Shown here: positions 37,318 to 45,041 of the stretch, one piece after another
How the letters are laid out: each line of letters begins with the position of its first letter
Position numbering within the stretch: the first letter of the stretch is position 1
DNA from: Candidatus Micrarchaeota archaeon
Lineage (GTDB): Archaea; Micrarchaeota; Micrarchaeia; Micrarchaeales; CABMGC01
NCBI GenBank assembly: GCA_028867135.1
Contig: JAGWGW010000001.1
Span: forward strand, 53,598 to 117,597
DNA length: 64,000 nucleotides
Direction of reading: 5' to 3'
Program-made: the position numbers and the translations under genes
Notes under the pieces: generated by a model
The model's input: the letters and a program-made list of their open reading frames with translations, nothing else
Databases searched by the model: none
What the model was told of the DNA's origin: nothing

Positions 37318-37920
37318 ATGCAGAAAATAGTTGTTCCGGGAGAGAAGATTGCTGATGCCCAGCTTAGGTTAGACGACGGGCTTGTCGAGAACAATGCGAC
37401 CTACTCGACTGTGATAGGGATATACGACGACGAGAGGAAGACTCTGATACCTTTGGAGGGACTGTGGTACCCGAGAAGGGATGACAGGGTCGTGGGGGTC
37501 ATAGAGGAGGACAAGCTAAATACGTATGTTGTGAACCTGAACGCGCCATACAAAGGCCTCATAATATCGAAGTTCGTGGACACGCCGCTTGCTGCGGGAG
37601 ACTCGATAGAGGCCATGATAAAGGAGGTTGACAAGACCAAGACGGCTATTCTCATGAGGCCCAGGAGGCTCGCAGGGGGCAAGGTGATGATGGTGAGGCC
37701 GTCAAAGGTTCCGAGGATAATAGGCAAGAACGACACGATGATCAAGCAGATCATGGACTTCACGAAGTCGACAATTGTGATAGGGCTTAACGGAGTCGTA
37801 TGGATGAAGGGGGGCAACGTGGACCTTGCGACAGCCGCAATACTCAAGATAGAGGAAGAGGCGCACACGAGCGGGCTCACGGAGAGGGTAAGGGAGATGC
37901 TGCAGAAGGGTGCTTTATGA
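37318..37920 (+). CDS. rrp4: exosome RNA-binding subunit Rrp4 (S1 + KH)
   Basis: VVPGEKI, an S1-like segment, and a KH segment (IIGKNDTMIKQI). The stop overlaps the rrp41 start. Confidence 0.8.
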   Translation: MQKIVVPGEKIADAQLRLDDGLVENNATYSTVIGIYDDERKTLIPLEGLWYPRRDDRVVGVIEEDKLNTYVVNLNAPYKGLIISKFVDTPLAAGDSIEAMIKEVDKTKTAILMRPRRLAGGKVMMVRPSKVPRIIGKNDTMIKQIMDFTKSTIVIGLNGVVWMKGGNVDLATAAILKIEEEAHTSGLTERVREMLQKGAL

Positions 37921-38660
37921 TGGCTGGTGGAGAGAAACCAGTATTGATAAAGGACGGGAAGAGACTTGACGGCAGAGGGGCCGAGGACCTCAGGGAGATT
38001 AAGATAATTCCTGATTACATCAAGAACGCTGACGGCTCGGCATACATAGAATGGGGCAACAACAAGATAATAGCCGCTGTTTACGGCCCGCAGGAGGCGC
38101 TGCCAAAGCACGTGCAGGATCCGCAAAGGGCGATAATAAAGTGCAGGTACCAGATGGCGCCGTTCTCAAGCCTTGAGGAGCATGGAAGGACGGGTCCTAA
38201 CAGAAGGGCCATAGAGATATCGAAGGTGACCAAAGAGGTCTTCGAGAACGCGGTCTTGATCGACTACTTCCCCGGGAGCGAGATCGACCTGTATGTGGAG
38301 GTGCTGCAGGGGGACGGAGGCACGAGGGCAGCAGGAATAACGGTTGCTTCTGTTGCGATGGCCCTGTCAGGCATACCGATGAGGGACCTTCCTTATTCCG
38401 TCTCCGTTGGAAAGGTCGGCGAATCCCTTATACTGGACCTCAACAAGATAGAGGACAATTACTCAGATGCTGACATGCCCATAGCGATAAGCCCGAAATC
38501 CAACGACATACTGTTGCTGCAGATGGACGGCAATCTCACGAGAGATGAGGTTAGGCAGGGCATAAAGATGGCGCAGAGGGCGGGCGAAAAGATTGCAAGG
38601 ATGCAGAGGGAGGCGTTGAAGGCTCCTTACGAAAGGATAGCCGAGAGGTACAAGAAATAG
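37917..38660 (+). CDS. rrp41: exosome catalytic subunit Rrp41 (RNase PH fold)
   Basis: RLDGRGAEDLREIKI ... ADGSAYIEWGNNKIIAAVYGP ... DGGTRAAGI. Confidence 0.88.
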   Translation: MMAGGEKPVLIKDGKRLDGRGAEDLREIKIIPDYIKNADGSAYIEWGNNKIIAAVYGPQEALPKHVQDPQRAIIKCRYQMAPFSSLEEHGRTGPNRRAIEISKVTKEVFENAVLIDYFPGSEIDLYVEVLQGDGGTRAAGITVASVAMALSGIPMRDLPYSVSVGKVGESLILDLNKIEDNYSDADMPIAISPKSNDILLLQMDGNLTRDEVRQGIKMAQRAGEKIARMQREALKAPYERIAERYKK

Positions 38661-38671
38661 GTGTTTTGATT

Positions 38672-39472
38672 ATGTTGCAGGAAAACAACGTCATGGGGGA
38701 CTTCATAAAGGACTTGCTGCAGAAGGGCAAGAGGGAGGACGGAAGGAAGGCGATGGACTACAGGAGCATAGAGATAAAGACGAATGTGATGCCCAATGCC
38801 GAGGGCTCCGCGGAGGTCAACATCGGCCACACAAGGGTGCTTGCGGGCGTCAAGGTGGGCCTTGGGACCCCCATGCACGACAAGCCAAACGAAGGCAATC
38901 TCATGACAGCCGCTGAGCTGCTTCCGCTGGCTTCAAGGTATTACGAGCCTGGCCCGCCGACTCCAGAAGCCATCGAAGTGGCAAGGGTCATAGACAGGGG
39001 CATAAGGGCCGCGAACGTAATAGACATGGAGGCGCTGTTCGTGGAGCCTGAGAAGGTGTGGGAGGTGTTCGTAGACATATACGTGCTGAATTACCATGGC
39101 AACCTGTTCGATGCAGGCACGCTGGCCGCTACGGCCGCGCTTAAGAGCGCAAGGATGCCAAAGGTTGAGAAGAACGGCGAGGAGTTCACCGTGATAAGGG
39201 AGGGGGCGCTCGGAAAGCTCAAGACCAAGAACATTGTGACATCGTGCACATTCGGCAAGCTGTTCGGCAGCGTGGTACTCGACCCTGATGGAAACGAGGA
39301 GAGCTTCATGGACGCGAGGGTCACCATAGCCAGCGACGAGAATGTCGTGAGGGCCATGCAGAAGGGCCTGGGAGGATCATTCTCGACAAAGGAGCTTGAC
39401 GGCCTTCTTGACGTTTCGTTCGAGAAATCGAGGAGCTTGAGGAATATAATAACAAACGCTGCTGGTGAATGA
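38672..39472 (+). CDS. rrp42: exosome subunit Rrp42 (RNase PH fold, non-catalytic)
   Basis: REDGRKAMDYRSIEI...AEGSAEV. It follows rrp41. A TTG at 38666 is an alternative start. Confidence 0.85.
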   Translation: MLQENNVMGDFIKDLLQKGKREDGRKAMDYRSIEIKTNVMPNAEGSAEVNIGHTRVLAGVKVGLGTPMHDKPNEGNLMTAAELLPLASRYYEPGPPTPEAIEVARVIDRGIRAANVIDMEALFVEPEKVWEVFVDIYVLNYHGNLFDAGTLAATAALKSARMPKVEKNGEEFTVIREGALGKLKTKNIVTSCTFGKLFGSVVLDPDGNEESFMDARVTIASDENVVRAMQKGLGGSFSTKELDGLLDVSFEKSRSLRNIITNAAGE

Positions 39473-39473
39473 T

Positions 39474-39710
39474 ATGGCCAAGGGTGCTATTAGATACGGA
39501 GTAGGGCTGAGAAAAAGGGCAATGGCCGTAAAGAAGGAGAAGAGCAGCAGGTACAGGTGCGACCTGTGCGGCAAGGTAGCGGTCAAGAGGATAAGCTACG
39601 CAATATGGAGGTGCAGGCATTGCAACGCGACGTTCGCGGGCGGAGCCTACACATTCAAGACAGCTGCCGGCGAGATGGTAAGCAGGATAATGGGAAGGAG
39701 CGGTGCATGA
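39474..39710 (+). CDS. rpl37ae: ribosomal protein L37Ae (eL43)
   Basis: YGVGLRKR...YRCDLCGK..VKR...IWRCRHCN..FAGGAY zinc ribbon. Confidence 0.9.
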   Translation: MAKGAIRYGVGLRKRAMAVKKEKSSRYRCDLCGKVAVKRISYAIWRCRHCNATFAGGAYTFKTAAGEMVSRIMGRSGA

Positions 39711-39711
39711 T

Positions 39712-40074
39712 ATGGTGAAGATAACGCATGTTCCAGTCAAGGAGTTGGTGATACACGACATAATAGCGGTGGACAAGCAGGATATGCTGAGGGGAAGGGT
39801 CACTCCGGCAGGAACCATGCCTCTGTACTGGTGCGATGGCGTACTCTTCAGCTTCTCGTCGTTCCCGATGAACGACCAGGTGATAAAGGACCACCTGGAA
39901 GGGAAGATCCACTGGCTTGAGGTGCAGTTTGCGATGGAGAGCAAGTACACTCCTGTAATAGCGCTGAGCGAGGAGGAGTACAAGGCTACTCTCAACGTCA
40001 GGGTAATAGACACGAGCTCAGTGGAGCTCCACAAGGAGCTTATTAAATGGATAAAGGGCAATTACAAGAAATAA
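39712..40074 (+). CDS. hypothetical protein
   Basis: 120-aa ORF with ATG 2 nt after the rpl37ae stop and a GGAAGGAG SD upstream. It sits between rpl37ae and rpoP. No family is recognised. Confidence 0.6.
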   Translation: MVKITHVPVKELVIHDIIAVDKQDMLRGRVTPAGTMPLYWCDGVLFSFSSFPMNDQVIKDHLEGKIHWLEVQFAMESKYTPVIALSEEEYKATLNVRVIDTSSVELHKELIKWIKGNYKK

Positions 40075-40086
40075 GAAGTGAAAAAA

Positions 40087-40218
40087 ATGGCCTACATATG
40101 CTTGCACTGTGGAAAGGAGGTCAAGGGCACTGAGAAGCTCATAAGGTGCCCTTACTGCGGATACAAGGTACTCGCAAAGAAGAGAAGCTCTCTGGCAAAG
40201 GAAGTTTCTACTGATTGA
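40087..40218 (+). CDS. rpoP: RNA polymerase subunit Rpo12/RpoP
   Basis: 43-aa ORF missing from the ORF track (too short): MAYICLHCGKEVKGTEKLIRCPYCGYKVLAKKR... It has CxxC...CxxC followed by a basic tail, and it occupies the expected superoperon position. Confidence 0.8.
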   Translation: MAYICLHCGKEVKGTEKLIRCPYCGYKVLAKKRSSLAKEVSTD

Positions 40219-40229
40219 AGGTCTTCGTG

Positions 40230-40496
40230 ATGGACAAAGGCGTGGCCCTTCGGAAATTGAGGGATGAGGGCTATACCAGGTTTCTATCTTGGGAAGACAA
40301 GCCTGGCAAGAGGTACAAGCCGCATTTTCATTTCAAGGCATCCAAGATATTTGTCCTGAAGGGTTCTATGAAAGTAACGATCGGGGATAGGGCCAAAAAC
40401 TACGTTTCTGGGGATTCTGTCTTTGTCCCAAAAAAGACAAGGCATAGTGCAGTAGTTGGGATATCAGGCGGCGAATTTCTCGAGGGACAGAAATAG
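40230..40496 (+). CDS. cupin-domain protein
   Basis: Small beta-barrel pattern H.H...E...G....G ... H (KPHFHFKASKIFVLKGSMKVTIGD...GDSVFVPKKTRH). Confidence 0.6.
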   Translation: MDKGVALRKLRDEGYTRFLSWEDKPGKRYKPHFHFKASKIFVLKGSMKVTIGDRAKNYVSGDSVFVPKKTRHSAVVGISGGEFLEGQK

Positions 40497-40516
40497 ATTG
40501 AGCTCTTGTTTTACCT

Positions 40517-40768
40517 CTACTTTTCGCTCACTATTATCGTTTCGGATATCTTCTTTACCCTCTTGAACATTATGCTGTTCTTGAGGAAGTCATCCCTTAG
40601 GTTCCCGCTCCTTATCAGGTTCTCAACGTTGTTCAGGAGAAGGTGCGACACGGCTGCATCGTCTATGTTGATTATCACGCCCTTGACCTCTCCTAGCACC
40701 CTGCCGTCAGAAGCTATGACCTTCTTGTTATAAAGTTCTGAGATTGCAACTCCCGCCATACCATCCAT
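40517..40768 (-). CDS. PRC-barrel domain protein
   Basis: ISELYNKKVIASDGRVLGEVKGVIINIDDAAVSHLLL is a typical PRC-barrel N-terminal pattern. Confidence 0.6.
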   Translation of the reverse strand: MDGMAGVAISELYNKKVIASDGRVLGEVKGVIINIDDAAVSHLLLNNVENLIRSGNLRDDFLKNSIMFKRVKKISETIIVSEK

Positions 40769-41317
40769 CTATATACGCGATATCTTCTTGGAAGCGAAAA
40801 TTCTTATTATGTACTCATTGAGCAGCTTTATGAATGCGCCCTCATCCTTCGCTTTTTCCGCCAGCTCATCCTTTGTGAATAGGTCGACGTTTGACTCAAC
40901 GAGGTTCCTTATGTAGTTGTTGGTTATCGAATAGAAGCGCTGTCCGCAGGCTGCGCACTTGAGCGTGGGCATCACGGGGACGTTTGTTATGGATGACGGA
41001 TCTGCCGAATCGAGCTCGCGCCTTATCCCCGCCCTGCCGCATTTCTGGCATTTTGCATCTATTGTTATCCCTTGGTATGCGCCTACCTTTACAACCCTTG
41101 AAGCTGGGTTTCCCAGGTAGCTATCCAGCTCGGACATGGGTTCCCCGCCCCTCTTGTATACCTGGTTCGCTATCTCCCCCTTTGCCGTAAACTCTGTTAT
41201 AAGGGACCCTAGTGCAGTCCTTTCCGCAAGGCAGAAGAGAGTCATGCCGTTTCTGGAGTAGGTGCCGGTCCTGAGCCTTTTGTCGTCGCTCTCGTATATG
41301 TCGAGCCTATTTTCCAT
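40769..41317 (-). CDS. hypothetical zinc-ribbon protein
   Basis: 182 aa with CQKCG...CAACG. It abuts the PRC-barrel gene with no gap and overlaps the upstream histone-fold gene by 11 nt. Confidence 0.55.
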   Translation of the reverse strand: MENRLDIYESDDKRLRTGTYSRNGMTLFCLAERTALGSLITEFTAKGEIANQVYKRGGEPMSELDSYLGNPASRVVKVGAYQGITIDAKCQKCGRAGIRRELDSADPSSITNVPVMPTLKCAACGQRFYSITNNYIRNLVESNVDLFTKDELAEKAKDEGAFIKLLNEYIIRIFASKKISRI

Positions 41318-41555
41318 CCAGAGCCCTTTTTATGACATAGTCCTTGATGTCCTTCTTTGTCACCTTTCCTCTCTTGTCCTTGATCGCGTTCTGCACAGCG
41401 AAGCTGGATATCTTCTTTGCCTCTTTCTCGAGTATCTCCGCTATCCTCTCGGCCCCCTTCTCGGTTATCTTCACGCCGAAGTTCCTGTTCACTATGTGCT
41501 TTATCTTCTTTGCGGATATCCTTGTCATCAAATCAGCACTCAAGATCCTCATCAC
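41307..41555 (-). CDS. histone-fold-like small DNA-binding protein
   Basis: ISAKKIKHIV...VKITEKGAERIAEILEKEAKKISSFAVQNAIKDKRGKVTKKDIKD resembles a single histone fold (helix-loop-helix-loop-helix). The call is weak. Confidence 0.5.
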   Translation of the reverse strand: MMRILSADLMTRISAKKIKHIVNRNFGVKITEKGAERIAEILEKEAKKISSFAVQNAIKDKRGKVTKKDIKDYVIKRALDGK

Positions 41556-41600
41556 TGCTCAGAGTCAGAGTTCATCACTCTTGTCTATTCCCATTGCAGC

Positions 41601-41644
41601 ATTATAAATTTATACATGGGCTATGAGTAAAGATTTATATAATC
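41601..41644. promoter_or_regulatory. divergent promoter region with two TATA-like boxes
   Basis: ATTATAAATTTATA (41601-41614) faces the minus-strand histone-fold operon. TTTATATAAT (41635-41644) lies about 40 nt upstream of the trxA ATG. This is judged by sequence pattern only. Confidence 0.3.
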
Positions 41645-41682
41645 TAGAAGCGTAAAACGCTCAACGCTCCTATGTGGTAGAT

Positions 41683-41997
41683 ATGATAGACTTAAACAAG
41701 GACAATTTCGATGCGGAGGTTTTGAATGCGAAGCAGCCTGTGCTGGTGGATTTCTGGGCCGAGTGGTGCGGGCCGTGCAGGATATTCTCACCGATAATAG
41801 AGGACGTCTCCAAGGACTACGCCGGCAAGATAAAGTTCTTCAAGCTTAATACTGACGAGAATTCTGACATAGCCTCAAGGTACAACATAATGAGCATACC
41901 GACAGTTCTCCTGTTCGAGAAGGGCGAGGTGAAGGCCATGTCGGTAGGCGCGCTTCCTAAGGAATCGTTCAAGAGATGGCTCGAGAAGAACCTATAA
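41683..41997 (+). CDS. trxA: thioredoxin
   Basis: WAEWCGPCR active site. ORF length is 104 aa. Confidence 0.92.
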   Translation: MIDLNKDNFDAEVLNAKQPVLVDFWAEWCGPCRIFSPIIEDVSKDYAGKIKFFKLNTDENSDIASRYNIMSIPTVLLFEKGEVKAMSVGALPKESFKRWLEKNL

Positions 41998-42040
41998 CAG
42001 CACTTATATCTTTTACTCTCTAATCCAATACATTGGTAAC

Positions 42041-43315
42041 ATGCCGGTAGATCTGCCTAGGGGCACAAGGGACTACAACACAGCCGAAGCGATAGCGCTC
42101 AATGACATACTGCTCAAGATAGAATCCTCGTTCAGGAGGTTCGGCTTCTCACCTATAGACACTCCGGCCATCGAAAACCTCGACGTCATAAACGCCAAGG
42201 CCTATGGTGACGAACCGAGGAAGGAGATATACGTGCTCGATGGCGGCGAGGCTGGCCTGCGCTTCGACCTTACGGTACCGCTGGCAAGGTACATGGCCAT
42301 GAACAAGGACCTTCCTCTGCCTTTCAAGAGGTACCAGATAGGCAAGACCTGGAGGAAGGAGGAGCCTCAGCACATGCGCTACAGGGAGTTCGTGCAGGCT
42401 GATGTGGACATAGTGGGCAGCTCTGAGCTCTCGAGCGACGCGGAGGTGGTCGCGGCTGCAGCAGTCGCCCTTGAATCTCTAGGGATAGACAACTACAGGA
42501 TAATGATCAACAGCAGGATAATACTGAATGCGATACTGGATTATTTCGGCATAGCAAAGGAGAAGCAGGTAGCGGCGATAAGGGCCATAGACAAGCTCGA
42601 GAAGCTTGGCAGGAACGAGGTTGCGAAGCTGCTGAACGGCGTGGGCATAGGAGGGGACAAGTGTGACGAGCTCCTGAACTTCATAACTGCAAACGTTGAT
42701 AGCGAGGAGAAGCTGAAGAGGGTAGAAGGGAGCGTGCCTAGCGCCAAGGACGAGGTGCAGAGGCTTCGCTCTCTGCTTGAGCTCCTCGGGATGTACAAAC
42801 TGATGGGGCTTGCGTTCGTTGACCTGTCTCTCGCGCGCGGCCTTGATTATTACACCGGCTTCGTGTGGGAGTTCGTAATCTTCCAGAACGATAAGAGGAT
42901 TCCCACGATCGTTGCGGGCGGCAGGTACGACAACCTCATAGGCATCTATTCGAAGAGGCCGCTGCCTGCGGTCGGCGTGTCGATAGGGGTGAGCAGAATA
43001 GCCGGCCTAGTAGACGTCATGGACAAGAGAAAGACCTACTCGGAGGTGTTCATAGCGTGCATAGACGGCAGCGTCCGCGACTATGCGATAAATGTTGCTG
43101 GAAGGCTGAGGGCCAGCGGGATATGCGCGGACCTCGACACAACAGGCAGGAACATATCCAAGCAGCTTGAGTACGCCTCTTCGCTCGGCATAGGAAAAGT
43201 CATAATAATAGGGAAGATGGAGAAGGATGCAAGCAAGACGAAGCTGCGGGACATGAACACAGGCATAGAGGACATACTTGACGTCGATTCACTGATATCG
43301 AGGCTGAAGGGATAG
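42041..43315 (+). CDS. hisS: histidine--tRNA ligase
   Basis: PRGTRDY, class II motifs (FRYE-equivalent WRKEEPQHMRYREF, GGGRYD-equivalent AGGRYDNL) and a C-terminal anticodon-binding domain. Confidence 0.92.
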   Translation: MPVDLPRGTRDYNTAEAIALNDILLKIESSFRRFGFSPIDTPAIENLDVINAKAYGDEPRKEIYVLDGGEAGLRFDLTVPLARYMAMNKDLPLPFKRYQIGKTWRKEEPQHMRYREFVQADVDIVGSSELSSDAEVVAAAAVALESLGIDNYRIMINSRIILNAILDYFGIAKEKQVAAIRAIDKLEKLGRNEVAKLLNGVGIGGDKCDELLNFITANVDSEEKLKRVEGSVPSAKDEVQRLRSLLELLGMYKLMGLAFVDLSLARGLDYYTGFVWEFVIFQNDKRIPTIVAGGRYDNLIGIYSKRPLPAVGVSIGVSRIAGLVDVMDKRKTYSEVFIACIDGSVRDYAINVAGRLRASGICADLDTTGRNISKQLEYASSLGIGKVIIIGKMEKDASKTKLRDMNTGIEDILDVDSLISRLKG

Positions 43316-43317
43316 CG

Positions 43318-43833
43318 ATGGCGAAATCCGAGGTTGAGGAGCTGACCAAGAAGACGGTGCAGAAGGGAGGCATGCTGGTCAAGCTCTATTTCGACATGCA
43401 GAGCGAGAACAAGGACGACCTGCAGCCGCTTATGACGGAACTGATAAACAACAACCTGATGAAGGCACCAGGTGCGGTCTACTGCTACGGCTCTGTTGAG
43501 GAGCCGATAAGGATGGACAACATGTATTCCACAAGCGCTACTGTGGTCATCCTGTTCAAGGACCTAAACTCGCTGATAAAGGCCGTATTCAAGTACCCTC
43601 CCGCGGGGGTCGAGATAATCAAGCCTGAAGGGGAGTACAACATAAAGATGAGCGAACTGCAGTCTGTGCTCATAGATATCGCGCAGACGGCCGTTGACTA
43701 CTCGCAGTACATAATGGAGAGGGTGCTCACAAAGGACGATCTGGAGAAGGTCAAGAAGGACCTTAAGCACAGGGAGGAGCTGGGCAAAAGGCTGTTGGAG
43801 AAGAAGGGCGGGAAACAGAGCGCAGGAGCATGA
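43318..43833 (+). CDS. hypothetical protein
   Basis: 171-aa ORF starting 2 nt after hisS. Coding-like composition, with no recognisable motif. Confidence 0.55.
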   Translation: MAKSEVEELTKKTVQKGGMLVKLYFDMQSENKDDLQPLMTELINNNLMKAPGAVYCYGSVEEPIRMDNMYSTSATVVILFKDLNSLIKAVFKYPPAGVEIIKPEGEYNIKMSELQSVLIDIAQTAVDYSQYIMERVLTKDDLEKVKKDLKHREELGKRLLEKKGGKQSAGA

Positions 43834-43876
43834 TTTTTGCTGTTGACAATCAGGTTGTTTACAGCCAATCCTCAGG

Positions 43877-44974
43877 CTAGTTTGATAGCCCCCTAAGGAA
43901 GAACCTCTTTATCATGAGGCTTGGCATATCCATGTCGCCGTAATCACCGAGGAACCTGCCGATCCCAAGGACGCGCATGGCCCTCAGGCCGAGGCCCAGC
44001 AGCCTTGCGTCGGCGCCTGAATATGCCTTTGATATCATGGAATGGAGAGCCATCTCCAACCCGAACTTTCTCGTGAACATCTTCTCGTAGTCGCTTAAAC
44101 GCTTTCCCTCCTTGAGGTGCATGACTATAGCCTTCGCGGCCATTAGCGCTGCATTGCCTCCGAAGATTATTCCGCCTCCCGTAGTGGCCTTCACCTGGCC
44201 CGCTGCGTCGCCAACAAGGAGCACCCGGTTCCTCTCGTCGATTATGCTGCCCCTCATTGACATGGGTATCGTGCTGGCTCCTTCGCTTAGCTGCTTCGAA
44301 TCGCCTATGATGCCTGCTATCTCCTTGCTTTTTATGAAGTGCTCGAACGCCTTCTTGCCGTTTCCGTGCCTTGAATCTACGCCGACACCGACCTCGAGAA
44401 TGTCCTTCGAATTCGGGCACAGCCACGCGAATAGGCCCTTGTAGCTGTTGTCGAAGAACAGGTCCACCATGCCGTCCTGCGCGTTTATGTTGTACTCGGC
44501 CTTGTATGTCAGCGAATACCTTTGTATGGAACCCATGGAAAAGTGCCTTGCCACAGATGATACCGCGCCGTCTGCGCCGACGATGATGCTCGAATCGTGG
44601 ATTCTGGAAAGCATATCTCCGCCGATCCTTTGCCCCGTTATGACCGTTGCTCCTGCGCTCTCAGCCTCATCCCTGCACAGCTGGTTCAGCTCGGGCCTGT
44701 CAAGCACGTGCGCTATAGGCTTCTTGGACTCTATGCTTATGGCCGAGCCGGCCGCGTGGAGCCTTGCGCCGCTCAGCGTGTTCGTTAGCGCTCTGGAATA
44801 GTCGATGCCGAGGGATTCCAGCCCCTTTATTGACAGTATGCCTGAAGCCCTGGCAGGATACCCCAGCCTGTGCTTCTGGTCGTATACTGTTGCGCTCACG
44901 CCCGCCTTTGCGAGCCCTTTTGCCGCGAGCAGGCCCGCGGTTCCTGCGCCGATAACAGCCACTTCACTCCTCAA
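43877..44974 (-). CDS. geranylgeranyl reductase-family FAD-dependent oxidoreductase
   Basis: VAVIGAGTAGLLAAKGLAKAG dinucleotide-binding motif and LVGDAAG. TTG start. Confidence 0.8.
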   Translation of the reverse strand: MRSEVAVIGAGTAGLLAAKGLAKAGVSATVYDQKHRLGYPARASGILSIKGLESLGIDYSRALTNTLSGARLHAAGSAISIESKKPIAHVLDRPELNQLCRDEAESAGATVITGQRIGGDMLSRIHDSSIIVGADGAVSSVARHFSMGSIQRYSLTYKAEYNINAQDGMVDLFFDNSYKGLFAWLCPNSKDILEVGVGVDSRHGNGKKAFEHFIKSKEIAGIIGDSKQLSEGASTIPMSMRGSIIDERNRVLLVGDAAGQVKATTGGGIIFGGNAALMAAKAIVMHLKEGKRLSDYEKMFTRKFGLEMALHSMISKAYSGADARLLGLGLRAMRVLGIGRFLGDYGDMDMPSLMIKRFFLRGLSN

Positions 44975-45041
44975 ATAGGCACCTTTAATAATTTTGTCTG
45001 GAAATAGGCTTTTGTAATTATACTTTTCATCTTACGATTAT

